DNA of 55,178 nt, taken from UHGV virus genome UHGV-0298867. One strand, written 5' to 3'. The notes under the pieces are model-generated. The model had not been told where the DNA came from. It made no database searches and worked only from the letters and a program-made list of their open reading frames with translations. This document shows positions 1 to 9,601 of this stretch, in pieces. The position numbers and the translations under genes are program-made. Each line of letters starts with the position of its first letter. Within the stretch, counting starts at the first letter, position 1. The stretch comes from a virus.

Positions 1-373
1 AGACTCAGGAAACCGTAAAAAAGCCATAGAGGCACAAAAGTGGCTAAAGGAATTCGCTGGCGAACAGGGCGAGAAAGCAAAGTGGCGCAGGGAGAAACTA
101 AATCTCCCGCCCATTCCAGAGCCTGAAATCGATGCAGTTACTGGGGAGATCCTCAACGCTTACGCCATGATATCGCGCGGCAGGAAGTATGCCGGCATGG
201 CCGGAGTGCCGCTCCCTCTATCCCTGAACGATATTGAGCTTTACCTGGCATCGCGCACCATCCTGATCGACCGCATTGAGTTTGACGCAGCCATACTGGC
301 TCTCGATGATGCCTGGAGGGCTGAGTGGGCAGAGGCACAGAAACGTGCAGCGGATAAGAAAGGAAGCAACTGA
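1..373 (+). CDS. Tail assembly chaperone G/GT, partial. Frame-3 codons 3..29 are the C-terminal end of the G-like ORF (stop TAG 27-29). The -1 frame (frame 2) stays open from 23 to the stop at 371-373 and is the T-like extension.
   Basis: The slippery heptamer A_AAA_AAG lies immediately before the frame-3 stop, and a long overlapping -1 ORF follows. The gene sits directly upstream of the tape measure gene, as lambda G/GT does upstream of H. The frame-2 translation is KKAIEAQKWLKEFAGEQGEKAKWRREKL... Confidence 0.6.
   Translation, partial: DSGNRKKAIEAQKWLKEFAGEQGEKAKWRREKLNLPPIPEPEIDAVTGEILNAYAMISRGRKYAGMAGVPLPLSLNDIELYLASRTILIDRIEFDAAILALDDAWRAEWAEAQKRAADKKGSN
17..23 (+). promoter_or_regulatory. 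Programmed -1 ribosomal frameshift slippery site (A_AAA_AAG) of the G/GT tail chaperone
   Basis: Canonical X_XXY_YYZ heptamer read as gta-aaa-aag in the G frame, two codons before the stop. The -1 frame is open for 117 codons. Confidence 0.5.
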
Positions 374-449
374 CCTACCATTAATGGTGGTCCATGCTCC
401 TGAAAGTCGATGATAGGATGTTTCCGATTGCAATCAAAGGAAACATATA

Positions 450-806
450 ATGAAAAAAGTCATCGCTTTGGCGCTTGGAGCGCTGTTACTTTCTGGTTGT
501 ACAGTACGTGTTGCAGATTTGACTGTGGCGAGTACTAAAAATTACAACCTCAATGGGGGTAAGTTCTATAAAGGGAAACGTGTAACAGCAGAAGATAGCT
601 ATCCGGTTATCATCTTCCCTCTTGGCATCCCGAACGTTAAAACAGCCGCTGATCGAGCGATTGAAAAAGATCGCTGTGCAGTTGGTCTGTCTGACGTAGT
701 TGTCACTCAACTTAACCACTCCTTCCTGTTCGGTAAGATTGGTCTGCGTGTTGAGGGTAATCTTGTGATTGACCGCAGCCTGCCGGGTTGTGAGAACGCA
801 AGCTGA
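450..806 (+). CDS. Lipoprotein (signal peptide MKKVIALALGALLLSGC with lipobox), a moron inside the tail operon
   Basis: Lipobox LSGC at residues 14-17. An RBS precedes the ATG, and the gene is followed by its own intrinsic terminator. Confidence 0.75.
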   Translation: MKKVIALALGALLLSGCTVRVADLTVASTKNYNLNGGKFYKGKRVTAEDSYPVIIFPLGIPNVKTAADRAIEKDRCAVGLSDVVVTQLNHSFLFGKIGLRVEGNLVIDRSLPGCENAS

Positions 807-813
807 ATGATAA

Positions 814-838
814 AGCCACCATCTGGTGGCTTTTTAAT
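814..838 (+). terminator. Rho-independent terminator (AGCCACC-ATCT-GGTGGCT followed by TTTTT)
   Basis: A perfect 7-bp stem with a T-run, seen directly in the sequence. Confidence 0.7.
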
Positions 839-853
839 TTATGGGGTAGACAA

Positions 854-1285
854 GTGAAGATTATTGGATACTTAGCGATTGTAATAGGGGTGATCTTTGC
901 TGTATTGGCGCTATTTATGGATGTGACAGTAGCGACAAGCGGTGGCTATAGGGTTAACAATCTTGGATTAATATCATCGCGCCAAAATTATATGATATTT
1001 GGAGGTTTCGTAGCCATCGCAGGTATCATTATTGCTCTGGTGGGAGATAAGCTAAAAGCGTCCGGAACTTCAGTCAAATGCCCTTACTGCGCAGAATTAA
1101 TAAATTCCGAAGCGGTGAAGTGCAAGCATTGCGGGAGTGATGTAACTCCTTCGAAGATAATAGCTAACACTGACAATACTGGAGCTAGTGATAGGCTGGC
1201 TGATGTCAATGTAAAGTTAATCGCTGGAATTGCAATTACTGTCTTTGCGGTGATTATCGTAGCAATAATGTTTTACCGCCAATGA
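854..1285 (+). CDS. Membrane protein with two hydrophobic segments flanking a CxxC...CxxC zinc-ribbon (GTG start); a moron
   Basis: N- and C-terminal hydrophobic stretches with CPYC...CKHC between them. The gene is followed by its own terminator. Confidence 0.6.
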   Translation: MKIIGYLAIVIGVIFAVLALFMDVTVATSGGYRVNNLGLISSRQNYMIFGGFVAIAGIIIALVGDKLKASGTSVKCPYCAELINSEAVKCKHCGSDVTPSKIIANTDNTGASDRLADVNVKLIAGIAITVFAVIIVAIMFYRQ

Positions 1286-1315
1286 AGTAAAGACCCGACA
1301 GTTTCAAAAAGTTCC

Positions 1316-1339
1316 AACCTCGCTTTGGCGGGGTTTTTT
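1316..1339 (+). terminator. Rho-independent terminator (CCTCGC-TTTG-GCGGGG followed by TTTTTTA)
   Basis: A stem with one G-U wobble and a T-run. It overlaps the start region of the TMP. Confidence 0.55.
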
Positions 1340-1358
1340 ATTGCCCGGAGAAAAGCAC

Positions 1359-4256
1359 GTGACAGAACAAACCTCCCGCCTGGCCATTATTATTGACAGC
1401 TCTGGGGCAGAAAAGCAGGCTGACAATCTCGCAACTGCACTTGTAAAAATGACGCAGGCAGGTGAACGTGCTGCCACCAGTGCAGGGAAAGTGACAAAGG
1501 CCACTGATGAAGAAAAACAGTCCCTTTCTGAACTTTTAGATCGTATCGACCCGGTAAACGCCGCCCTGAACAAACTGGATAAACAACAGCAGGATCTTGC
1601 GAAATTCAAATCCAAGGGGATGGTAGATACCGATACATTCGATCTTTATTCAAAGAAAATCGAGGAAACACGAAACAGGCTAACAGGATTTCGCGACGAC
1701 CTTGGTAAAACCGGCCAATCCGCCGCCCAGACCGCCTATGCCATGCGCATGATCCCGGCTCAGATGACAGATATTGTTGTCGGCTTATCCACCGGTCAGT
1801 CTCCGTTTATGGTGCTGATGCAGCAGGGCGGGCAGTTAAAAGATATGTTTGGTGGTATTGGTCCGGCAATTAAGGGTGTGGGCACCTATGTTATGGGGTT
1901 GGTTAACCCTTTAACTCTTGCAGCTGCGGCGGTCGGATTTCTTGGTCTGGCCTATTACAAAGGCACTCAGGAGCAGGACGAATTTTATAAGTCTCTCGTT
2001 CTCACTGGTAATCTGGTAGGCAAAACTTCCGGTCAACTGGCAGATATGGCGGCCCGTGTATCGGTCGCAGCTAACTCCACAACCGGTGCAGCAGCTTCAA
2101 CGCTGAATCAGTTGGTGTTATCCGGTAAAGTAGCTGGCGACTCATTGGAGCGCGTGACAACCGCCATTGTTAAGACCAGCGAGGCGACGGGCATTGCTAC
2201 CGATAAGCTGGTTGGTGATTTCAACGACATTACTGCTGACCCGGTTGCGGCCATTACCAAACTTAACGACCAGTACCACTTTCTGACACTGGCAACCTAC
2301 AACCAGATTAAAGCGCTACAGGATGAAGGTAATCAGCAGGATGCTGCACGGGTGGCTACTGATGCTTACGCCAATGCCATGCAGCAGCGTGCGAATGATA
2401 TTCATCAGAATCTTGGTCTTCTTGAAAGTGCATGGGACTCGCTGGGTAAAACGGCCAAAGGCGCCTGGGATGCGATGCTCAATATTGGGCGTGAACAAAC
2501 ACTAACGGATAAACTTGCCACCTTAAACGAAAATATTGCTGAAGCCCAAAAAGGGCAAAAAGATGGTGGGTTCTGGAACAGTTTTAGCGCGAGGTTTACC
2601 AACCTCCCGGAGATGATAAAACAGAGAGATTTGCTCGAATCAGTTGCCAATCTTCAGGGGGATGTAACCAAAGGACAGGCGAAGGCTAAGGAAGCCGAAC
2701 AGCAAAGAATTAAAACGCAGCAGGAAGCAGATCGCGTTAACCAGCAATATCTGAGCAATGCGGATAAGCGCAATAAAGCTATTAAGCAGCAAAGCGAATT
2801 CCTGAAGGCTGGTGCAATTACTGCAGAGCAATATGCAAAAAATGTTTCTCGCATTAACGAGATGTACAAAGATCCGAAACCACCCAAGACGCCAAAGGGT
2901 AAAGCATATACCGAGGACGCAGCAACCAGGTTGCTTGATCAGATAAACCAGCAGACCGCTGCCATGCAGTCCCAGCTTGACGCCAGTGACAAGCTTAACA
3001 GCGCAACTCAGGCGCGGGTTAAGTTCGAACAGCAAATTACTGACCTCAAGTCTAAAACGCAGCTCACCGCTGACCAGAAATCGATCCTTTCCCGTTCAGA
3101 TGAAATCCTCCAGGCGTATAAGCAGCAGGAGGCACTGCAAAACTCCGTAAAAACCCTGGACGATTACCGGAAGATGCAGGAACAGGTAAAGACGAAGGAT
3201 GAGCGGACCAACGATCTGCTTAAAACCCGCCTTGAACTACTGGAGAAGGCCAAAGCAACCGGGCAACTCAAACCCGGTGAATATGAAAAAACGCGGGCAG
3301 ATATTTATCAAAATACCGATATGCAACTGCCCTCGACGGTTCGTAATGTTGTAGGAAACCTGACACCCACAGGAGGGCGACTCTCTGGAACTTTTGAGGG
3401 GATGCAGGGGCAAATCAACGAATATGACCAGGCTCAGCAAGAGCTCCAGCGCTGGCTGGCAGCTCAGGAGGAAGCTTATGCGAAGGCCGGCGAAATAACT
3501 GCCGAGGGTGAGGCCAGAATGACCTCGATTCGTCAGCGTGCAGCGGATGTAAATCAGGTCATAGAGGCTCAGAAAAACACCATCATATCTGCGGCCACGC
3601 AGTCCTTGTTTGACAGTACCGCCGACATCATGCGAACGGGGTTTGGTGAGCAATCGGCAATCTACAAGGTTGCTTTTGCTGCGAGCAAGGCATTCGCTAT
3701 CGCGGACTCAATGGTGAAAATCCAGCAGGCTATAGCAAGCGGTGCAGTTAGCTCGCCTTATCCGGCCAACATCATCGCTATGGCCTCAATCGCTGCGCAG
3801 ACCGCCAGTATCGTCTCAAATATCCAGGCTGTTTCAGGAGTTGGATTCGCCTCCGGCGGTTACACCGGCCCCGGTGGTAAGTATCAGCCAGCGGGTATTG
3901 TTCACAAAGGAGAGTACGTCTTCGACCAGGCATCAACGAACCGGATCGGCGTGTCTCAGCTTGAGGCACTTCGAAATGGCAAACCGCTTGATGCAACTCT
4001 GGGGCGTACAGGGTTTGGTACTGGTGTTCAGAACGTTAACAGCGATAACCGTAGGCAAACAACTGTACACGCGCCGATTAATCAGGAGTTTCATCTCCAG
4101 GGTATTACTCCGGAGCAGTTGAGCGCTACACTCAATCAGAATAATCGACTGCTTTCCAGGCAGTTAAAAGGTGAACTCACAAAGGAGGTTACCATGCCAC
4201 AAGGGGCTTTTGGCAACGCTCTAAAAGGAAACTATACACGACACGGTCCTAGGTAA
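1359..4256 (+). CDS. Tail tape measure protein. Probable GTG start at 1359 with RBS GGAG at 1347-1350 (the ORF is open from 1341).
   Basis: 966-971 aa, alpha-helical and Gln/Ala-rich with coiled-coil character. It lies after G/GT and before the tail-tip genes. The N-terminus MTEQTSRLAIIIDSSGAEKQADNL is typical of TMPs. Confidence 0.9.
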   Translation: MTEQTSRLAIIIDSSGAEKQADNLATALVKMTQAGERAATSAGKVTKATDEEKQSLSELLDRIDPVNAALNKLDKQQQDLAKFKSKGMVDTDTFDLYSKKIEETRNRLTGFRDDLGKTGQSAAQTAYAMRMIPAQMTDIVVGLSTGQSPFMVLMQQGGQLKDMFGGIGPAIKGVGTYVMGLVNPLTLAAAAVGFLGLAYYKGTQEQDEFYKSLVLTGNLVGKTSGQLADMAARVSVAANSTTGAAASTLNQLVLSGKVAGDSLERVTTAIVKTSEATGIATDKLVGDFNDITADPVAAITKLNDQYHFLTLATYNQIKALQDEGNQQDAARVATDAYANAMQQRANDIHQNLGLLESAWDSLGKTAKGAWDAMLNIGREQTLTDKLATLNENIAEAQKGQKDGGFWNSFSARFTNLPEMIKQRDLLESVANLQGDVTKGQAKAKEAEQQRIKTQQEADRVNQQYLSNADKRNKAIKQQSEFLKAGAITAEQYAKNVSRINEMYKDPKPPKTPKGKAYTEDAATRLLDQINQQTAAMQSQLDASDKLNSATQARVKFEQQITDLKSKTQLTADQKSILSRSDEILQAYKQQEALQNSVKTLDDYRKMQEQVKTKDERTNDLLKTRLELLEKAKATGQLKPGEYEKTRADIYQNTDMQLPSTVRNVVGNLTPTGGRLSGTFEGMQGQINEYDQAQQELQRWLAAQEEAYAKAGEITAEGEARMTSIRQRAADVNQVIEAQKNTIISAATQSLFDSTADIMRTGFGEQSAIYKVAFAASKAFAIADSMVKIQQAIASGAVSSPYPANIIAMASIAAQTASIVSNIQAVSGVGFASGGYTGPGGKYQPAGIVHKGEYVFDQASTNRIGVSQLEALRNGKPLDATLGRTGFGTGVQNVNSDNRRQTTVHAPINQEFHLQGITPEQLSATLNQNNRLLSRQLKGELTKEVTMPQGAFGNALKGNYTRHGPR

Positions 4257-4312
4257 GCTAAACTGCATTAGCTGAGACTTGATTAGGTAGGTAAGTCTAA
4301 CAATCTGAGTAG

Positions 4313-4675
4313 GTGCAAGAAAACACAAGGATCTTATTAATGGAAGCGTTGTTAACATTTACATTTAAAGACTTTATAGCTTTTATGATTCCTCTTTTTA
4401 TTGGCGGGCTTATCTTCAATAGGAGACGTAAACGTAAGGAGGTCCGAGTGAAGTTTTCATTTCTTTGGCTTGTTTTGATAGTTGGTGGAACTCTTGAAAT
4501 ATGTGATGAGATTTACACAACTTATTCCTATAGGCATAATCACTTATATAATAATGATACGCTTACAACCGTGTTTAACTATGATTTTGCAAAAATTGTT
4601 TTTTGTGGGGTTTTGATCTTTGTTTCTATTGCGCTTCTTCTTCAGGAGTTGCTTTTAAACAAGCAGTCACATTGA
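4313..4675 (+). CDS. Small hydrophobic membrane protein in an AT-rich moron. An alternative start is the ATG at 4340 (MEALLTF...).
   Basis: The region 4260-4985 is strongly AT-rich relative to its flanks. The ORF has multiple hydrophobic segments. Confidence 0.4.
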   Translation: MQENTRILLMEALLTFTFKDFIAFMIPLFIGGLIFNRRRKRKEVRVKFSFLWLVLIVGGTLEICDEIYTTYSYRHNHLYNNDTLTTVFNYDFAKIVFCGVLIFVSIALLLQELLLNKQSH

Positions 4676-4989
4676 CGTAATTTTCCTGTCGGCACGTCGC
4701 CCTTTTTTATTTTGATGTGGGGCTGTGCCGAAACAATGTAAGCTCACATTAAAGTCAATAAAATTAATATATTGATAATGCTGTTTTTTTTGATTTCTTT
4801 TAGCTCTTAAGATGAGCTGATAAATATATCGCCTTGTGTGTTTGTGTCGATTCAATAAGATTTTTATCTTCGTTAATCTGAACCAAAAAATCAGAGATTT
4901 CTTCGATTCCATCGTGCTTTATTCTGAAATGAATATCCTCCTGAGGTTAATGGTGAAATTTTATTCGAGATACTTTACCGGGAGACTGC

Positions 4990-5454
4990 ATGACTGATAT
5001 CAACTACCCACATGACAGCCTCCCTATGCCATTACAGGAAGGATACGGATTCCAGCCTGTAAGCCCGTTAAAACGTACCCAGTTAATCACCGGCCGCGCG
5101 CGGCAAAGGCGAGCTTTTACGTCCACGCCGACGCAGGCCAGCATCACCTGGTTTATGGAAACCGATGCGCAGGGCCTGGCGTTTGAGTCCTGGTTCCGTG
5201 ATGCGTTATCTGACGGGGCAGCGTGGTTCATGATGAAGCTGCAGACGCCGGCGGGCATTAAGTTTTACAAATGCCGCTTCACAGATATTTATCAGGGACC
5301 GGTGCTGGTGGCCCCGATTTACTGGAAGTACACGGCAACGCTTGAATTATGGGAGCGCCCCCTTGCTCCTGCCCCATGGGGTAATTACCCGGAATGGATC
5401 GTCGGCAGCTCACTGCTGGATATTGCGCTGAATAAGGAGTGGCCCAAGGCTTGA
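4990..5454 (+). CDS. Minor tail protein, lambda gpM-like
   Basis: Immediately after the TMP. EGYGFQ...AFESWF...KFYKCRF resembles gpM GDGYSQ...LESFLE...IKVTCAKW. RBS GGGAGA. Confidence 0.65.
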   Translation: MTDINYPHDSLPMPLQEGYGFQPVSPLKRTQLITGRARQRRAFTSTPTQASITWFMETDAQGLAFESWFRDALSDGAAWFMMKLQTPAGIKFYKCRFTDIYQGPVLVAPIYWKYTATLELWERPLAPAPWGNYPEWIVGSSLLDIALNKEWPKA

Positions 5455-5596
5455 TTAAAACCGTTTCACCTTCATAATCACTTGTGTCGATTTGTGGGAA
5501 AGTCCTTCATGCCGCTCCGTAGCCGGAGCGTGAAATAAAGCGCGGAATAGCGATCCTGCCGGTGATGGTACACCCACATTCGACACCAGTTTTTAA

Positions 5597-5622
5597 GGTC
5601 ACCTTCGGGTGGCCTTTTTTAT
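5597..5622 (+). terminator. Terminator-like hairpin GGTCACC-TTCG-GGTGGCC followed by TTTTTTATT, inside the tail operon
   Basis: UUCG-loop hairpin with a T-run. A near-identical module occurs at 49132-49157. Confidence 0.5.
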
Positions 5623-5634
5623 TGGGTAAAAATC

Positions 5635-6117
5635 ATGACAAGACTCAACCGCCTCTACGCCAGCAGCGGACCGGAGGTGATCATTGAAACGCTGCAGATC
5701 ACCATTGGCTCTGATGTTCACTACCTTTGCCAGGGTTACGACAACATCACGGCGACGACGGAGAACGGCGATACCGTAACGTTTACCGCCTGTGCGATAG
5801 ACATTGCGCTGCCGGCGCGCAATGCGGACGGCACGCAGGACCTCAAATTTGCCTTGTGCAATATCGATGGTGTTGTGTCCACGGCGATCCGCAATGCGCT
5901 GGCTAACCGTCTGTCTGCATTGTTGACGTACCGGCGTTATATCTCCACGGATTTAGCGGCCCCTGCGGAAGTGCCGTATACGCTGAAAATCAAGTCTGGT
6001 TACTGGACGGCGACAGAGGCGCAGATTACCGCGGGTTATATGAATATCCTCGATACCGCCTGGCCACGTTACCGCTACACGCTACCTGTATTCCCCGGAC
6101 TGCGTTATATCAGCTAA
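5635..6117 (+). CDS. Minor tail protein, lambda gpL-like N-terminal domain
   Basis: EVIIETLQITIGSD...VTFTACAID resembles gpL VVLWEIDLTEVGGERYFF...VTWQG. Its position between the M-like and K-like genes fits. Confidence 0.6.
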   Translation: MTRLNRLYASSGPEVIIETLQITIGSDVHYLCQGYDNITATTENGDTVTFTACAIDIALPARNADGTQDLKFALCNIDGVVSTAIRNALANRLSALLTYRRYISTDLAAPAEVPYTLKIKSGYWTATEAQITAGYMNILDTAWPRYRYTLPVFPGLRYIS

Positions 6118-6126
6118 GGAATCCCA

Positions 6127-6507
6127 ATGTTCAACCCTGATAAATACCGTTCAGTCACCTGGCTGAAGGGCGGGCGCGTATACCCGCAACTCGACTGTTT
6201 CGGCATTGTGAACGAGATACGCCGCGATCTGAATTTACCCGTCTGGCCCGATTTTGCCGGGGTAACCAAAGACGACGGCGGCCTCGACCGGGAAGCGCGC
6301 CGGATGATGCTTACCCTTGAGCGCTGCGAACCCTGCGAAGGGGCCGGGGTGGCCTGTTATTCCGGGTCGACTGTCACCCACGTAGGGATCGTGGTCAGTA
6401 TCGATGGTCTGCTGCATGTGGCGGAATGCAATCCGGGAACGAACGTCACCTTTCTGCCGTTGCCGCGGTTTAAGCGGCGATTTGTCAAAGTGGAGTTCTG
6501 GCAATGA
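6127..6507 (+). CDS. NlpC/P60-family cysteine peptidase tail protein (gpK C-terminal-domain-like)
   Basis: The Cys in DCFGIV and the His in THVGIV match the NlpC/P60 catalytic signature. Its stop overlaps the start of the next gene (ATGA). Confidence 0.7.
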   Translation: MFNPDKYRSVTWLKGGRVYPQLDCFGIVNEIRRDLNLPVWPDFAGVTKDDGGLDREARRMMLTLERCEPCEGAGVACYSGSTVTHVGIVVSIDGLLHVAECNPGTNVTFLPLPRFKRRFVKVEFWQ

Positions 6508-9500
6508 CTATTCGTTTTTACCCGTCCCGGCTTCCCGGTGAACCACTCGAAACGCATGAGCATGGTGTAACCAGTATTCGCAGCTGGCTGGTGGCAAATG
6601 TTGAAGGCTACGAGGATCGGGATGTCCCACCGCTGACCGTTGAGGTTGAGGGGCTGTTAATTCCGCCAGGCGAGTGGGCTAAGTGTGTGATTCGCCCTGA
6701 TAGTGATGTCAGGCTTTATCCGGTTCCCTTCGGGCTGGAGGCCGCCACAATCGCGTGGATCGGCGTCGGTATCTCCGTTGCCGCTGCAGCCTATTCGTAC
6801 TTTATGATGAGCAACATCGATACGGGCGGCTATACCTCATCCACAGGGCGAAGTCTCGACCTGAACCCGGCAAAGGCGAATACCGCAAAACTCGGTGATG
6901 CCATTCGTGAGGTATTTGGCCGGGTGCGTATCTACCCTGATTATGTGGTGCAGCCGGTTACCCGGTTTGATGCCGCCGATCCTACGAAAATGCGCGTCCA
7001 GATGCTGCTGTGTCTCGGTGTCGGTGATCTGATTTATACCAATGGCGATATCAGGGTTGGCAGTACGCCAGCTTCAACGCTACCGGGATTCAGCAGCACC
7101 CATTACCCGCCAGGCGCGGACGTTTCCGGTGATGAGCGCAGCGAAAACTGGGTCAACTCCACCGAAGTGAGCGGGACGTCATCCGGCACCGGGCTGGATA
7201 TGGCCCAGACGTCGCCGGACGCAGACGACATTATCGCAGACAGCATGACCGTCTCCGGATCGAGCGTGACGTTTACCGGGCTGGACACGGATGATGATGA
7301 CGATAATGACGAGAACGATAACGCACTGCCGCCCAGCTGGGTCGCTGGCGCCGTGGTCGAACTTAAAGCCCCGGCGAACTACCAGATCACCACGGCGGCC
7401 GGATACAGCGTTATCGCAAGCCCGCTGCTGACGGAGATCGCGCCGGTAGTAGGTATGCCGGTGACGCTGGGGTTTAACTCTGTCGATTACGATCTGTTTA
7501 TCGCGTCATATACCCCCGGTCAGGCTGCAGTGCCCGGCACCGGGGGGAGTGCGGCAAAAGTCCAGGCGAGTGCGGCCCCGACCACCTACGATTTTTCGAC
7601 CAGCTCCAGCACGTTCACGATCACCTGGCAGGGGGTTAGCTACCCGGTGTCGCTGGTGGCTAACTACGTCTCGATGTCGGGACTGCTGGCGGCCATCACC
7701 GAGGGACTCACCGGCTCCGGCCTGGTTGCGCAGGACAACGGCGGCACCGTACTGATAACCGAGTCGGCCAGTCCGTTCGCGGGTGGGGCGATCACGTCCT
7801 CTTCGCTGCCTGCAGCTGTTTTCGGTGATGCCCCGGTTTACACCTCCGGCACGGCATCAACCGGCGGCAGCCCGGCGGTAACGGCGAATGTGACACTCGC
7901 CTATAACTCTGCCACGGGCACCGCATTCTCCGGGATGCCGGAGGGGGTGCAACGGCTTTCACTTGCTCACCGCGGGAATGAGTACCGGATTGTGTCAGCT
8001 GACGGCACGACGGCGACGGTGGCGCGCCTGGTTTCCGGTGCCGTTGATGAGTCATGGCCGGGATTCACCGCTAGGACGATGATCGACTATGAGGCTTCTG
8101 GCCTTAACGACACGCTGGGCTGGCTGGGGCCTTTCCTCGTATGCCCTGAGAATGAAGTGGTGGATGCATTCGAGGTGAATTTCTCCTTCCCGAACGGCAT
8201 CTGTGGCTTTGACAGCAAGGGGAAAAAGCGGCTTCGGCATGTTGAGTGGGAGATTCAGTATCGCGCCTACGGTTCCGGATCGGGGTGGGTGAGTCACCAG
8301 GGAGAGTATGCGCTTAAAAACGTCAACGGGCTGGGATTCACTGAGCGGATCACCCTCAGCTCACCAGGGCTGGTAGAGGTTCGCTGTCGCCGGCGCAATG
8401 AGCAGGGCTCAAACAACGCCAGGGATTCGATGTACTGGCAGGCACTGCGCGGGAGACTGCTGACGCGCCCTTCATCCTATCCCGGCGTGTCGCTGATGGC
8501 GGTGACCGTTGAGACGGGGGGCAAATTGGCGGCTCAGTCGGACCGCCGCGTAAACGTTGTGGCCACGCGGGCCTATGACTCAGGAACGGCCAGAACCATT
8601 TCGGGAGCGCTGCTGCATGTCGCGAACTCTCTTGGGCTGGAAATGGATGTCGACACCATCAACGCGTTGGAATCCGCGTACTGGACGCCACGGGGCGAAA
8701 ATTTCGATTTCGCCACGGGCGACAGTATCTCGGCGCTGGAAATGCTGCAGAAGATAGCCAATGCCGGGAAGTCACGTTTTCTGCTGAGTGATGGCCTGGC
8801 GACGGTCAACCGCGAGGGGATTAAGCCATGGACCGGTGTGATCACTCCGCATGAGATGGTGGAGGAGCTGCAGAGCGGATTTACCGTGCCCTCAGATGAT
8901 GATTTTGATGGTGTCGACGTGACGTACATCAACGGGACTACCTGGGCAGAGGAGACCGTTAAGTGCCGGACGCCTGATAATCCCACGCCGGTGAAAATCG
9001 AGAACTACAAACTCGATGGGGTACTGAATCAGGATCACGCCTACCAAATCGGGATGCGTCGCCTTATGAAATACCTGCAGCAGCGGGTGACGTTCCAGAC
9101 CACTACCGAGCTGGACGCGCTGTGCTACAACACGGGCGATCGCATTGTGCTCACGGATGATATTCCGGGTAACAACACAATTTCCTGTCTGGTGGAGGCG
9201 ATGACAACGGCTGGTGGCGTGACAACGTTCACCGTTACGGAGCCGCTGGACTGGTCTTTCGAAAATCCCCGAGCGCTGATCCGCTATCAGGATGGCTCTG
9301 CATCCGGGCTGATGGTGGCGAGCAGGGTGGGCGATTTTCAGTTGTCAGTCCCGCACCTGAGCGAGTTTGATGACCCGATGAAGGTTGACCTGTCGTCGGC
9401 AACCATCGAACCGATCCGCCTGGTGTTCTGTGGCTCAACGCGCCACGTCTACGACGCCATTGTAGAGGAGATCGCCCCGCAGTCAGACGGAACCTGTCAG

Positions 9501-9572
9501 GTCACCGCTAAAGAATACCTCGAATCGTTCTACCAGTACGACGACGCCACATACCCCGGCGACGTCGCGTAA
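6504..9572 (+). CDS. Tail tip / host specificity protein J-like (1022 aa) with an N-terminal gpI-like region
   Basis: Size and position at the end of the tail-tip module. The N-terminus resembles gpI and the C-terminal region resembles gpJ. Contains a poly-acidic linker DDDDDNDENDN. Confidence 0.8.
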   Translation: MTIRFYPSRLPGEPLETHEHGVTSIRSWLVANVEGYEDRDVPPLTVEVEGLLIPPGEWAKCVIRPDSDVRLYPVPFGLEAATIAWIGVGISVAAAAYSYFMMSNIDTGGYTSSTGRSLDLNPAKANTAKLGDAIREVFGRVRIYPDYVVQPVTRFDAADPTKMRVQMLLCLGVGDLIYTNGDIRVGSTPASTLPGFSSTHYPPGADVSGDERSENWVNSTEVSGTSSGTGLDMAQTSPDADDIIADSMTVSGSSVTFTGLDTDDDDDNDENDNALPPSWVAGAVVELKAPANYQITTAAGYSVIASPLLTEIAPVVGMPVTLGFNSVDYDLFIASYTPGQAAVPGTGGSAAKVQASAAPTTYDFSTSSSTFTITWQGVSYPVSLVANYVSMSGLLAAITEGLTGSGLVAQDNGGTVLITESASPFAGGAITSSSLPAAVFGDAPVYTSGTASTGGSPAVTANVTLAYNSATGTAFSGMPEGVQRLSLAHRGNEYRIVSADGTTATVARLVSGAVDESWPGFTARTMIDYEASGLNDTLGWLGPFLVCPENEVVDAFEVNFSFPNGICGFDSKGKKRLRHVEWEIQYRAYGSGSGWVSHQGEYALKNVNGLGFTERITLSSPGLVEVRCRRRNEQGSNNARDSMYWQALRGRLLTRPSSYPGVSLMAVTVETGGKLAAQSDRRVNVVATRAYDSGTARTISGALLHVANSLGLEMDVDTINALESAYWTPRGENFDFATGDSISALEMLQKIANAGKSRFLLSDGLATVNREGIKPWTGVITPHEMVEELQSGFTVPSDDDFDGVDVTYINGTTWAEETVKCRTPDNPTPVKIENYKLDGVLNQDHAYQIGMRRLMKYLQQRVTFQTTTELDALCYNTGDRIVLTDDIPGNNTISCLVEAMTTAGGVTTFTVTEPLDWSFENPRALIRYQDGSASGLMVASRVGDFQLSVPHLSEFDDPMKVDLSSATIEPIRLVFCGSTRHVYDAIVEEIAPQSDGTCQVTAKEYLESFYQYDDATYPGDVA

Positions 9573-9601
9573 TACCCTATAACAACCCCTAATTAACTCT
9601 T

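Noticed and set aside
2316-3035. Several 60-130-aa ORFs on both strands inside the tape measure gene (2316-2498, 2405-2650, 2640-3035, 2654-2887, 3237-3653, 3742-4122)
   Set aside because: They lie entirely within a long, well-supported CDS. They have low-complexity translations and are typical frame shadows.
4667-4912. 81-aa minus-strand ORF in the AT-rich moron
   Set aside because: Lys/Arg-rich low-complexity product with no convincing RBS. AT-rich DNA generates such ORFs by chance.
7549-9438. High-GC ORFs within and antisense to the J-like gene (7549-7755, 7792-8055, 8052-8297, 8573-8986, 9235-9438)
   Set aside because: Arg/Pro/Ser-rich shadow ORFs of a GC-rich coding region, with no RBS support.
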